NCBI GenBank assembly: GCA_965207375.1
Contig: CBDBMG010000003.1
Location: 256,001-320,000, forward strand
DNA from: Nitrosopumilaceae archaeon
Lineage (GTDB): Archaea > Thermoproteota > Nitrososphaeria > Nitrososphaerales > Nitrosopumilaceae
Length of the DNA: 64,000 nucleotides
Direction of reading: 5' to 3'
A model generated the notes under the pieces. It was not told the origin of the DNA. It ran no database searches and was given only the letters and a program-made list of their open reading frames with translations. Position 1 is the stretch's first letter. Every line of letters begins with the position of its first letter. A program made the translations under genes and the position numbers. Below, piece by piece: positions 31,331 to 61,560 of the stretch.

Positions 31331-32699
31331 ATTATATATTATATAACGTATTATATTATATATACGTACTAGCTATATATATTATATTAACTATATATCT
31401 GTATGCAAATGTGAATGTCCAAGTGAAAACTGATCAGCCTAGTTCACACCTTCGATCATGTTGTGCCAAGTTAATGATCTGTTGATGTTTTTTACTTATA
31501 GCTAGCTAGCTAGCCATCCTGTTATGTAAATTAATATAGACCCTGCATGTAGCCATGTCTTTCATTGTAGCTAAAGCTTTTAAGTGAAGTGTATATAAAC
31601 TAGGCTGGATTTTGCTTGGACAGTCACCAGTGTAATAGCCAGTAGCCATAGCTACGTACCACATCAATTCCTTATCCTATATATAGCTAGCTAGGATGAA
31701 GGATGTATAGAGTGATATGTTATGTTGCATGCAATGTTTATTTTGATGGTATAGCTAGGTAGCTACATGTAGAAGACAAGGAACCAAGCAACATTAGCAT
31801 CTCTTTACATACGTAGCTAATATTTTGTATTAGACTGTATACAGATACGCTTTAATCGTTATAGTTTCAGAATTAGATAGCTATAGCTAGCTAAAGGCTG
31901 CAGTAAGAGATGCACTCATATGAGAGTAGCTAATAGTGTAGAAATTCATAGCTAATAATTATACATGTGCATGCATGCATATAGCAGCATACTGGAGGTG
32001 TTATAGTTACATACGTAGCTCTTGATGACTGTTTATTCATGATTGTGATCACTGATGTTTTGGTTTGTTTTTAAACTTTTGGCATAGTTACATAGCTAGA
32101 TACTTAGGTATCATGATTAGATAGCTATAGCTATAGCTATATACATGCTGCATGGCCTTTGATTTTCTCAGACAAAATTTACTGAATAAATTTATCACAT
32201 TAATTAAAGCTTGCCACAATCAAGATAGCTATATAGAAAAATAGGGTTTTAGGGTACCTGACCTATATGAAGTTTACATGTCCAGTAGCATGCAGCAACT
32301 CCAAGGATGTAGGTACGTAGCTAGCTATAGTAAAAGAGGTTCCCTGGACATCTTGGATTATTTCATTAAAGCAACTCTCCACAATACTGCAATACAAAAT
32401 AGCTAGCTAGCTATGTCTTCAGTAACAATACACCTAAGGCATGCAAAGAGTAGCTAGCTAATGAAAACAAAGCAGTGGCTAGCTAGCTAGCTATAGTTAG
32501 CTATAGCTACCATAGCTACGTACATTACTATTTTTGATGTTTATACATACATACATACATACATACAAATATACATACATACATACATACATACATACAT
32601 ACATACATACATACATACATACATACATACATACATACATACATACATACATACATACATGCATGCATGCATGCATGCATGCATACATACATACATACA

Positions 32700-32951
32700 T
32701 GTGACCGAGTCTGCGAAAACCAGTCTTATCTGCACATAAAATTTGAGCTAATTTTGAACCTTCCAAATTTAATAACTTTTTCCTAACATACGTAGTACTT
32801 TATCAAAAATTTTATCATATACACAAAATTTCCTAAGGAATTCAATAAAACTTACAGATATAGTATAACTCACACAGAAAAAGAGATAGATATGATAAAA
32901 TGAATAAGTGCATTTTGTGCAGATAAGATTTGTTTTCACGGACTCAGTCAC
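32700..32951. mobile_element. Short TGTGAC...GTCACA MITE inserted in (ATAC)n
   Basis: TIR tgtgaccgagtctgcgaaaaccagtcttatctgcaca / tgtgcagataagatttgttttcacggactcagtcaca. Confidence 0.8.
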
Positions 32952-33320
32952 ATATACATACATACATACATAGCTACATACATGCGTATACATATAGTTG
33001 GAGTTGGAACCGGACAGTGGCGGACACCCTGCAATTGGGACAAACTAAAAGTGTGCTGGTTACCAAGGTGTCCAGATCAGCTTATCTGCTAAAGGGCTAT
33101 ACTTTGGGACCCATCATCATTCATTTTAAGTATCCACATATGCTAACTGGTTCCGCTACATGCATAATTATCCATACGTCGCTATAAATAATTGCTACAC
33201 CTTATTTCCCTTGATTCTGAAGGGGCTCATTTGCAATTCGGCTTGCCCAATATATAGCTACCTGATACCTGTGTATGAAATTAGGGTACGTAGCTACATA
33301 GTATAGCTATATCACTTTAG

Positions 33321-33985
33321 CCCTTAAACCCGCATTAACCAGTCTACTGGTATATTGCGTTATTGTCTTTGAAATCGCATTAGCCAGTATACTGGTTTTT
33401 AACCACACGCAAGCAAACAAACAGGGCTAGCTTAAATATTATACGGGCTATAAAAACATTTAAATTATATTATTACTCACCATTAAATTCTGATTCGAAT
33501 GGTCGCATTGGCAAGCAGCTCCGATAAAATCATCCGTCCTCAGAAAGGCTCAAAATAACAAAAGAAATCATTCTTGTTCCTTTTCGCCTGCATGCGTTTA
33601 GACAAGCGGCCATAACTTGGCCGTCGTCGCTTCTATTACAAAACGGCTTGCGCCATTTTGTTCCTCACGTGAATCTGCATCTGATGATATATTGTTTATG
33701 GCTTCAAAATAAAATGGCGGCCCGTACCGTAAAGGGCGACTTTTTTTCTCGACGAAACAAAGAAAACCAGTGCATCGCTTCGTAACCAGAGACTTCCTTA
33801 GCATATTTTAGAAAAGTATGGATGCTTATAAAGGTATATTTGTTTTGTGCACAATAAACGGCCCGTGCGGTTAACACCTTGCCATTGCTGGGCCTTTTAA
33901 CAACAAGAAACTGAATGCTAAATTAATTCGCTATTTCGGCGTATGCGTTTTAAAAATAAACTTGCATAATTTGCGGGTTTAAGGG
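33321..33985. mobile_element. piggyBac-like MITE
   Basis: TIR cccttaaacccgca / tgcgggtttaaggg; 4-bp TSD TTAG on both sides (a TTAA variant). Confidence 0.8.
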
Positions 33986-34660
33986 TTAGACTATAGCTAG
34001 ACAGTTAGTTAGTTAGACATGTATGAGTGGTATATTGTGATATACATGTATGTATGCATGTATGTATATGTATGTATGTAGCTATGTATGTATGTATGTA
34101 TGTATGTATGTATGTATGTATGTATGTATGTATGTATGTATGTATGCATGCATGCATGTATGTATGCATGTATGTATGTATGTATGTACGTAGGTACGTA
34201 CGTACGTACGTACGTACGTACGTATGTATGTATGTAAATGTATGTATGTAGCTATGTATGGGGTTGCGTAGCTGCAAGGTGTGGCTACTGACTTGTCATT
34301 ATCATAGAATTGTACACAAAATATCACCACACATATTTATATATAGCTACATCGAAAAACAAAACAAAAAATGTGGAGTCCTTTGCCCAAAGGGAAAAAC
34401 CCAGCAGCTAGAGCTATTAAGTATTGATTCTTTGTATAATTTCATTTTGCACACCTGGTGCTGACCATCCTCTTAAATGTACTGTGTGCTGTTAAAAGTC
34501 ATTGTCTTTGCTTTCACTGCATTCAAAAACTAGAGTTAGACTTGAGTCAAGAGCTGTGCACACCATACAACTGCACTAGGTTGGGGAGGTGAGAAGTAGG
34601 CAGCACACATGAGTAGGTGTGTACAGTACAGTAGAATTGAACACATGTTCACACCTATAA

Positions 34661-34734
<74 letters not shown>

Positions 34735-34809
34735 GTGAGCAAAAACCAGCCTAGTTCACACCTGCGATTTTATGGGGTGCCGTTTAGTATGAAGAGTAAT
34801 CACTGCCAT

Positions 34810-35507
<698 letters not shown>

Positions 35508-35682
35508 TGTGATTATATAAAAGTGTTGTGTATGCCTAGTGCGTCTCTATACTAGCTATTCCTCACCTTATGTGCAAAGGGAAGCTTCCACGTACAAGAA
35601 GTGGCCCTGTGAAGGCCAGAGCACTACTCCCAAGAATGACAACGTCAGGGTAGCTCACGTGATCCACATGTTATTTTATAAA

Positions 35683-36365
<683 letters not shown>

Positions 36366-37399
36366 GCCAATGTGGCATGCTTCGACATAGATTATTATAC
36401 CGTATAATAGTCTAAGCTTGAGCATTGTGGGCGCGCGCTTACTTTTGTCCACCGGTTATAACTGCGGCGCCTCTCTCTCGTGGCTGGCTTTTTAGTGAAG
36501 AAGTAAGCATCATCACAGTGAGACTGCTTTTTGTAGCTAGATATAATGTATGTGATGAGTCCCTAAGTCCCTGAGCCGTCATTACCAGACTGCTCAGTAT
36601 ACGAATATACATACTGATTGGACGGTAATAATCACTGTCTCGCGTAGGTACAGTAGACCCATTTTTATTCGCGGGCCTGGGTACCTGAATTTTTCTTCCA
36701 TTTATAATAAGGAACTGAGTGTAAAACGAGCGCCGCTTGTGGCTATATAGTTCAAACCAATCATGACTGCATGATTTAGCTACGTACTATACGCCGCTTA
36801 TCAGTTAAACGCGTTTTCAGGCTTTTGTATTTCGATGTTAGTCACCACTGGATCACCTCTCCAGTATATATATTAACCCTGTATGCAGACAAACACAAGG
36901 ATCAAGTGGTTCAGTCTAGATAGTCTGACCAAAGTGTCAGGATCATGAGCTTGAATAGCAATAAAGCATGACCATGCAGAAATCACATGTGTACAGCTGC
37001 AAATCACATGGTGAATGGTGTTCCCAGTGAAGGTCAACTGAGGGGATGATGTAACAGCTGATCATATGGCTGCTTATATAATAACTAGCATGCCCAGGGG
37101 TCCGCATCATGTCGATGGCTCTGGAATCACTGTCGGAATCAAAGAATCACCAGAATCAGAAATTATAACTTCTATGCACAAATTTAGCAATTCTTTGTAT
37201 ATAATCGATACAAATACCCGTATTTGGTAAACAGGATCAATTTTGGAATCTTGGAATCAAACCAAAATTCCAGAAGACTCTGAAAGTTCAGAGTTGTGGA
37301 GCCCTCGTCATCACCAATCAATGCTGCCCAAAATCCATGGATTCTATAACACAAAAATCTGTGGTAAGGTAACCAGACTCTTAGGTAGCTATGTAGCTA

Positions 37400-37682
37400 T
37401 AGGTGCAACCAAAAACTTTAATATTAGCTGCATGAGGCCAAGAAGTAAATGTATTTTTTAACTTGAATGACATAGCTATACAATAGTTTGACATTTTTCA
37501 CAAGTATATGATTGGCTTTGTCATGCACTGACTCTGCCACCTTTTTCGTACCAAAATTATTACAAAGCCAATCATATAGCATGTACTTGTGAAAATGCTT
37601 TAAACTATTGTATGTCATTCAAGGAGTTAAAATATTTTTACTTCTTGGCCTCAGCTGAGATCAAAGTTTTTGGTTGCACCTA
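37400..37682. mobile_element. TA-flanked MITE with ~45-bp TIR
   Basis: taggtgcaaccaaaaacttt...gaggccaagaagtaaa is mirrored by tttacttcttggcctc...aaagtttttggttgcaccta. Confidence 0.75.
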
Positions 37683-37956
37683 CGTACCTGTTTGCAATGC
37701 TGCTTCTCGCACATTTTTACACCCAGGGTGTTTTTGTTTAGCTACTTAGCTAAATGCATGTATAGATACTAATTCTGCATGTTGGCGCTTAGAAATTTCT
37801 AATAAATCTATAAAGACACACTATACTGTGCCTATAATAATTATATGCATCATGAGGTAACTATATACGTAGTTATATGGTAGCTATATATAATTAATGT
37901 CAACCATATAGCTATTACTTTACATACACACAAATCATGGTTAACAACACAAACCA

Positions 37957-38153
<197 letters not shown>

Positions 38154-38206
38154 CTCTTAACTCATAGCCTTAGTGTGTGTAATTGTGTATTCACATAGGT
38201 ATAGTA

Positions 38207-41183
38207 ATGTCTGAGTCATCTTTTGATCATACTTGGTGTATTAGTGTTCTGAGGAGGATTGTTAGTGATCTTGCTGTTTATTCAGATGGAAGAACAATGT
38301 TTAGGAATGCATTAGATAGCTATATTTTATGCATTGAGGGTGTGTATCGCGAGTTTGTAATTGCAGATACCCTTTATGGTCTTAATAACCATGAACAGGC
38401 AGTAGTTAGTTTGCTTAAATATGCACATGAAACATTAATGTATATGTATGATCATCCAATATCAGAAGACGAACTGCACAGTTGTCCAGTAGTGCTAGGC
38501 ACAAATGGCCGGCCTAGATTTGACATTCCATTTGAACAATTGGATTGTTTATTACAAAATCATTTTACTGTTCCTCAAATTGCTGACCTACTTAGTGTAT
38601 CACAACAAACCATCTTTAGACGAATGTCAGAATATGGTTTATCTGTCAGTTCTCAATATGCAAATTTGACAGATGATGAGTTGGATTGGCTTGTTATAAA
38701 CATACAACAAGAATTTCCAATGTGTGGGAATCAACAGATGCAAGGCCATCTATTGTCACAAGAGTTCCGAGTACAGCAAAGTAGGATCAGAGAATCTCAA
38801 AGAATAACTTGTCCTGAAGGCACCATGATGCATCGCTTAAGATGTTTAGAAAGACGGGAGTACAGAGTAGCTGGACCTCGTTCTCTTTATCATATTGACG
38901 GCAATCACAAATTAATCAGGTAGACAATATGTATTTTTATGCATGGTAACTTATAGCTACTTAGCTAGGTAAGTATATTGAATAATCATGATTAGCTACA
39001 CACATTCCAAATGAATGGTATCATTTGGTGTAGCTACGTATATAGTAACTACGTATATGTAACTATCACAGATCATTTTCTGATTCATTTGGCAGAGCAA
39101 ATGTCTGATTTGGTAGGACAAATCTTCTGCATGTAGTTACATTCCAATGGGGTAACCAAATGCAATGATAGTCAGGAATAATTTTACTATAAATGACCAA
39201 CAAACTTCAAAAATTAGTAGATAATTATGTAGCTAACACTGTGGAGGAAACTAGTGCTACAAATGTGATGTTGCATAGTTGGAATAGAAAATTTAGTTAT
39301 TTAGCTATGCACACTGAAACTGAAAGTGTGCTGCAACTAGGGCTGTGCGATAATGGAAAAGTTATAATATTATCATATCTCAATAAGTCAACATGAAGAA
39401 TGTAGCTATAAACTATCAGTCAAAATGTATCCCACAAGTTAAAGTCTGTACCTATCAGGTAGCTAATATAACTGGGTTTACTTACTTTCTATAAAAGTGG
39501 GATAGTGCAGATTAAGTAGTACCGCTATTGCATAAGGTATGGCTTCCTGGCCATTATTTAGTTACAAAAATAATAGCAGTAGCTAAACACACTATTGATG
39601 TGTAATGTAGCCATAAATACTTTTGATATCGATATCATTGTGTTATTGTTATTATTGTGATAGCTACAACTCGAGCTCATGCATACATAGCTATATCAGG
39701 CAAAGCACTCTTGCCTGTATGTGTTGCAACTATTACATGTAGCTATATACCTATAGAGTATATAATTATCTAGCAATGGTGACCTAACCAAGTGCACTTA
39801 TTTCGGATCAATCACTAATATTATGTAATATAGAAACCTATAGCTGCTTATCTAATAAGGTTGTGGAAATTATCTTAAGTTATAGCTACGTATATGTGGC
39901 TATGTTGTAGTGTACCTATAGCTATACCTCCATCATGTGTTAGCCTCAAAGCTATACGTATAGTAAAATGTGCTATTCACTGAATAAATTGTATATAGCT
40001 ACTTGAAAAGCCATATAGATTTAGGTCATGCAGTTTCCTATAGTAAAATAGGTGTTAACCTGGACTTGATGTCCAGTCAAATTTAATTTGTGCATGTTTA
40101 TATTAATCATGCACTTTGGCTAACTAACTGCAAGATGCAATATCTTATGCTGGTTAGTTATGTTTATATGTTCACATATGGATATATGTATGTTTATATA
40201 GGTGGAGACTTGTTATCCACGGGTGTATCGATGGATACAGCAGAAGGATTATATACTTGCATTGCAGCGATAATAACAGAGCAGCCACAGTCCTGCAATT
40301 ATTTGTTGAACAGTTGGGTGTAACAGGACTCCCAAGCAGAGTACGAGGAGACAGAGGGGGAGAAAATGTGCAGGTTGCTTCCTTTATGATCCAGCATCCA
40401 GACAGAGGTCCTGATCGTGGCAGTTTTATAACAGGACGTAGTGTTCATAACCAAAGAATTGAACGTTTATGGCGTGATGTTTATTCACAGTGTACAATAC
40501 TATATTATCAAATTTTTTATTACATGGAAGATTTAGGCTTACTTAATATAGAAAATGAAATACATTTGTTTAGTCTACATTATATTTTTATGCCAAGAAT
40601 AAACATGTCACTAACAAAATTTAAAAATGGTTGGAATAATCATCCATTATCTTCAGCAAGATTTTTAACACCAATACAACTGTGGATTAGTGGACTGCAT
40701 CATAATACTGATGCTGAAATAAATGAGGTGCTTAACAATTTTTTAGAAACCAAATTAAAGTAGCCATGCAGTTAGCTATACATTAGAAAATAAGTATGCG
40801 TTTACATATTACAATTTGCATCAAATGTATAGCTATGTAAAAATAGGATAATGGAATGTATAGCTATGCATGTATACATTTTTCATTGGTATGTTCTATT
40901 TACACAATGCTTATAATGTGTGTATATGCTATGATATTAACGGCATAATTTTTATTAGGAAGATTTGCAGTTATACGGAATTGACTGGGATGGCCCATTA
41001 TCAACAGAAGAAGATATGACACAAGAACAAGTGAATGTACCATTAGTAGAATCTCCATTAACTGATGATGATTTTTTGGAACTTAGCCAAACCATATCAC
41101 CACTGGCTCCATCAGTCAATTATGGAATAGACTTGTACCTAACCACCCTTCATTTTATATCACTGCATACAATACAAACATAG
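38207..41183 (+). CDS. IS3EU/IS481-like DDE transposase (rve integrase core with N-terminal HTH motifs), 487 aa
   Basis: Exons 38207-38919, 40202-40727 and 40959-41183 splice in frame. Motifs: HTH ([19 protein letters not shown]), [59 protein letters not shown]. The D-D-E triad is intact. Confidence 0.9.
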
Positions 41184-41643
41184 TTATGTAGCTAACTATA
41201 GGTTTTAAATTTGTATGTATAGCTATAGCTACGTACGTAGTTGGAGTGGGTTTATAAATCTCATTGTGTAGCTATAGCTATAGCTCTCCTGTGAGTATAT
41301 AGCCATATTGCTGAGTATATAGCCATATTGCTATACACTGCATATAATATAGATAAATGCAGCTATGCACATCACATTATACCTATTGTTATTCCTATAT
41401 GCTCATGTATACATAGCTATAGTTATTATAGTGATTCATATGGTAACAATACAGCTACGTAGTCATTCATACACACGTAATAGTTACGTATATACAGGTT
41501 GTTTGCCTCATCATGATATATATGCACCTGAACTGAGGGATGAGAGTGTATATATATCATAATATTATATGTAATCATGCATGTGATAGAATATCCTCAA
41601 TGGTAGTTCATGGCCTCACTCTGTTTATGTAGACACTTGTATT

Positions 41644-42410
41644 GCTGTGAGTATAGCCACTGTGAGGACTAGTACTGTGAGTATAGCCACTGTGAGTGTA
41701 GTCACTGTGAGTATATAGTCACTGTGAGTATATATAGTCACTGTGAGTATAGTCACTGTGAGTATAGCCACTGTGAGTATATATAGTCACTGTGAGGATA
41801 GCCACTGTGAGTATAGCCAGTGTGAGTATATAGTCACTGTGAGCATAGTCACTGCATGTGAGTATAGCCACTATGAGTATATATAGTCACTGTGAGTATA
41901 GCCACTGTGAGTATATATACGTAGTCACTGTGAGTATAGCCACTGTGAGTATATATAGTCACTGTGAGTATAGCCACTGTGAGTATATATAGCCACTATG
42001 AGTATAGTCAATATGAGTATAGTCACGCCACTGTGAGTATAGCCAATGTGAGTATATATAGCCACTGTGAGTATATATAGTCACTGTGAGTATAGCCACT
42101 GTGAGTATAGCCACTATGAGTATATAGTCACTGTGAGTATAGCCACTGTGAGTATATATAGCCACTATGAGTATAGTCAATATGAGTATAGTCACGCCAC
42201 TGTGAGTATAGCCATGCACTGTGAGTATACAGTCACTGTGAGCATAGCCACTGTGAGTATATATAGTCACTGTGAGTATATATAGCCACTGTGAGTATAG
42301 CCAATTTGAGTATATATACGTAGCCACTGTGAGTACTATAGCTAGTACTGTGAGTATAGCCACTGTGAGTACTACTGAGTACTGTGAGTATAGCCACTGT
42401 GAGTATATAC
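41644..42410. repeat. ~15-19-bp minisatellite (actgtgagtatagcc)n; short inverted array at ~43075-43165
   Basis: Directly visible tandem units; the ORFs here are artefacts. Confidence 0.92.
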
Positions 42411-44851
42411 TAGTAGATATATATGCTAGCTACTTACAATACTCACATACTCACAGTTGCTATTTTAATTTAGTACAGATTGGTAGGCACATATAGCTAT
42501 GTCAAAATAGCACTCCATGCATGTCTTACCTATGTTTACACATTTATGTGTGCAGTATTATAGCTGCATGCTATTCAGGGGGTATTTAAATTATCAGGAC
42601 ACAAAATGTATGGAGAGAAAAAGTACACTATATGGAGTGACAATAAAAATATAGGGGGCACCCTAGGCCCTCTTTCTGCCATCTATACAGTATGATAGTC
42701 AAAGGAATTACAAGGTGAAAATCAAAGCTTGTGGTATTTGTTTATTTATTTTTCGGTTTGTTCTAATTTGACTATTTTGGCATGTCATGTTAGCACAAAT
42801 GACACAATGTAGTGTGTCAAATTTGAGGACATTCAATGTGTATTATATAGCTAGTTTATATGTTAAAACTACACACTGCATGGTGTACGACAGTTGGGGA
42901 AAGTGACTTGCCCGATTTTAAAACAAAACAGGAGGACAACTTATATTAAATAGCAACCACATGAACTTGCTTTTATTGTGTAGCGCTATAGCTACTGCAT
43001 ATGAGTACTGTGAGTATAGCTACTCTGAGTAAAGCTATACTTACATGAGATTAGCTACATAATATATATATAGCCACAGTGGCTATATTCACAGTAGTGA
43101 CAGTACTAGTACTCACAGTGGCTATACTCACAGTACTAGTAACTCACAGTGGCTATACTCACAGTACTATACGTAGCTAACCTGAGCCCTTGTATACGTA
43201 AATCAGTTGAACATTTCAATGCTAATCTTCTAGGTACCTGTCACACCCCCTGGTACGTACTACTATGGTTATCTCCTCACAAGATTCTAAATCTACATAA
43301 TATTATGTACAGAACAGTCCAAATCTTGTGTTAGGATGCATTTTTATTTTAAAACAATAAAACACATGCACACTTCAGAGGTCCACTACCGCCTAGCTAC
43401 CACACCTCCTGGTACCACTTTAGTCAATTCCTTCTGTCAGGAGCTTATATGAGCCACCAGCAGGTCATACGTAAGCTCCTATTTTGGTTAATTCATGATA
43501 TTATAATGTATTAGCATATACATATTTACAGTTATACTGACATAGGGATTAAATTATTAATACTTTGCTAAGTCAAATGCTAAATATGGTCGGGAAATGC
43601 ATGGCTAACATTTTCAGGGGTGGATATAGGACTTACTGAGAGGGTCAGGGGACTAGTATAGATCTCTGAAACAGTGCATAGCTATGCATGGGGAGCCAGA
43701 TAGCAGGGGTGATAATTAACTTTAAAAACCTTCCTGCATAACATTAGTCAGACCATATATAGACTATTTATGATCGGCTACTGAAGATAAAACGAAATAA
43801 TACAGATTCCTTCTTGAAATCATTTTCTTCATGCTTTATGCTAGTCTATATTTCATAATTTCAAATTTCTTTGATTGGCTACATAGATGGCCAAATGTTC
43901 CCTGGCCTGATTGGCCATCTCTAATATTGTCCAGTTTGGCTGACTTGTATATAATCACGTGCACCCCTGAGATACGTAGGGTGTTTAACGTATTACAGCA
44001 TATATACGCATTTAGATCTTGTGAGAAGGAGTTAACTATATAGCTAGCATATAGCTAGCTAGCCACCATTCAATTTGGGTGTGATGCATGGGTGCAACCT
44101 TTTTAGAAGGTTAGCACTGAAATGTACAGAAATAGCACTACGGTAACTGGGCTTATTTTCATAATATCTAAAAGAATCGAAAAAGGGAAAAAATCCATGC
44201 CAGCTATAGTAGTCCAGTATTCCAGTCCAGTATAGCTATATATAGCTATAGCTACTATACATAGCTCGGGGCATAGGGAGGGGTTCAGGAACCCAGGCCC
44301 CGCTGGGTAGCTAGCAGCTGCATGCTTGTAATAAATTTAAAAGCTGCATGGGTAGCTAGTTAGCTAACAAAATTTTGTTGAACACACTAATGCTATAAAG
44401 TATTGTCACTTGTTCATTTTATGTAATGCACATGCAGTAGCTAGGTGCATGCAATATATTTTTGTGAGTGCATGGGGTTAATAAATGCCCTGCTCACAAA
44501 AATTAGATTGATAGCTACTCTCAATTACGTAGCCAGCAGTCAAACACCCTTTATTCACTTTGAATGCATGCATGCATGCATATGCACCTGATGTGCACAA
44601 CTTAATTGATTCATCAGCCACAAAACACCATGCATGCATGGGTACACTAACCCATGCAGGTAGCTAGCTATGTACCTGCATGGAGTTATAGTTGAAAACA
44701 CGGAGTTATAGTTGAAAACACGGACTCCTACACTCCCCCCCACCTGCGCATGGGTGGGGAGTTGTACAACTAACTGTTAATCAATGGTGCAAATTGCATA
44801 AAACCTGCACTCTAATTACGTATCTTAGAAACTTTCTGTGATGGTTTTATT

Positions 44852-46295
<1,444 letters not shown>

Positions 46296-46860
46296 GTATG
46301 TAAGCATACACCCATGCGTCCAGGGGCAAAATATTTTACAAAGCTCCACAGCTCATGCATGCAGTTATATAATAAAATGCCTCTGCATGTATATATAGCT
46401 ACATGTAATTATATTATTATATATTTACCATTACAAAATCCCCACTGATGGGGAGTATAACTCTAGCAAAAGACATACAAATCCCCATCTATGGCCGGGT
46501 GGGGGGAGTGGGGGTTGGCATTGATAGTTGCATTATTCTACAGTATGCCACCACATGCATAGCTATATATATATATACGTATATATAAACATATATACTG
46601 CATGTATGTGAGTAGCTGCTATAATACAAGTAATGTGAGGCTCACTGCATAACTATACTGAGAACTCAGGACTGCATGTGCGTTGCTTAGGTTGCTATAT
46701 ATTATGGAGATGCTATGCAATTATATGTGTGCTTGCGCACGTGCAGCGTGCATGCAAGCTAGCTATATAATATAAACGCGGAATTTTGTGTGCAGGCAAT
46801 CAGTCGTTTTTAATGCGCTACATAATTATAGTGGTCTTTTGGTTATAATTAGCAATAGAT

Positions 46861-59838
<12,978 letters not shown>

Positions 59839-61399
59839 GAATTTTATCAAGTAAATTGCATACTTCATAACTATATTGTCCAAATTACTAATATCAACAA
59901 CTCAAAGGTTTTTGCTGGTCATAAAATTATGAAATCTTTTATTAATGTATTTTAATCTCAATTAATTATGCTATAATACGAGTAATTTGTCAGGGATTGA
60001 AAGGGGGTCAAACCCTGGCCCCCAGAAGCTATAGGGTGATTTATTTTATTTAGAGCATATACGTATTAAAAATTCAAGGAACTTGCTAACCAAAGTAGTG
60101 GAGTTGGGGGTGTGGTGGATGAAGCTCAAGGTAGACACATGCTGACAATCGTACCCATGTATAGTCTGCCTGCTTGATACTGGACAACAACTACTTAGAG
60201 GTCTCAGCCAACGTACTGTGCATGTAGTATAGTAACAATTCTGTTTATGAATGTGAATATTGTGACAGGGGTTCATTAAATTGATAGTTACAGTGCTATG
60301 CATACAACACTGCATAGCCTAAAGTTCTATTGGAGAGTGAGGGCTTAGCAGACAAGCAGTCTAAGGAAAACCCCTCGTTGCTAGGATAAATCCGAAGGGT
60401 ATGCTCCATTTCCATGTGTGCATAACTTGTAATTATCCATAATAATTGAATAGCCATACAGCGATCCCTGGAACTAGGAAAACTGATTACGCTTCAAATC
60501 AATATAGCTAAGTACATTATGCTTTTAAAATTCCTGATTATTGATAAAAACCAGCCTTTCATAGACCTCACATCATATTTATTGGGGTCGCAATATAACA
60601 GTTCTTTCTTTGCAACAACAGCTAATATAATATATAAAGATAACAACTCAGTGAAGTAATGAATACTATACATTTCAGCCGGTGTGGTTCATGTTGTAGG
60701 TTGATGCAATGAGCTTCAACTACATATTGTACATGTGTTTTTATTGACCACAGGAATAATTTCAGGGTCATTTTAATGTATAAAATAAACTCCCACAGAA
60801 TACAAGGTTGGTCACATGCTATGTATATCACAGGGTATGTGACTTGTCAAGTATATGTATTAGTTTTGATGTGGGTGTTAATCACTCTACCATGTGTTTC
60901 TCTCCATGATGTCAGTCAGTTTGCACATTAATGATTGGCTGGAACAATTTTAGGCATAATGGAATACACTGGAATGGTATATAGGACAAATTGAAGTTAA
61001 GTTGTCTTACAAAAAGGTTACCTAATATCCTCTTGTTAAATTTAAAATGCTGTAAACTGAAACCCACAATCAAATATTTCTCGTGTCCATGATATTAAAT
61101 AATATGCTGAAAACTGTGAAGAGCTTTTGTCATGTACCTAATAAGATATTTACAGCATGCACTGTTAACTTCCTGTAAATTATGATGTAGTGGACTGTAT
61201 AAAGTGTTACCAACAAAGACAATTAACATCCTGCAGCAATTACATTGTATATATGCAAATTCTGGAATTGCCCTGTTAGCTGACGTACATTGCACACATG
61301 TAAACATTTAGCCTCTACCAAACTTAACAGTTAGCTACTAATTTTTCAGGAAAATAAGACTCAGTGGATGGGTTTTAAGTGCATGGTCATGATTCATGC

Positions 61400-61560
61400 A
61401 CAGCTGATATTTTTTGTAAACTATTCAAGATTTGAAATAATACAGTAGTGCAGATCTGGAATAAGCTTCCCAATATGGTTCAGGCAACAACAGTCAGTGT
61501 GTTTAAAGCTTGTCTTGACAGTTACTGGCACAAAATATGATATGGAGACTATAAAGGCTT
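61400..61560 (+). mobile_element. Degenerate CR1/L2-type LINE 3' fragment
   Basis: Translates to VVQIWNKLPN..ATTVSVFKACLDSYW, which resembles the C-terminus of CR1-group ORF2. Confidence 0.55.

Noticed and set aside
41959-42496. ORFs with YSHCE/TVSIA repeats resembling metal-binding proteins
   Set aside because: They are translations of a 15-bp minisatellite with frequent 2-nt indels.
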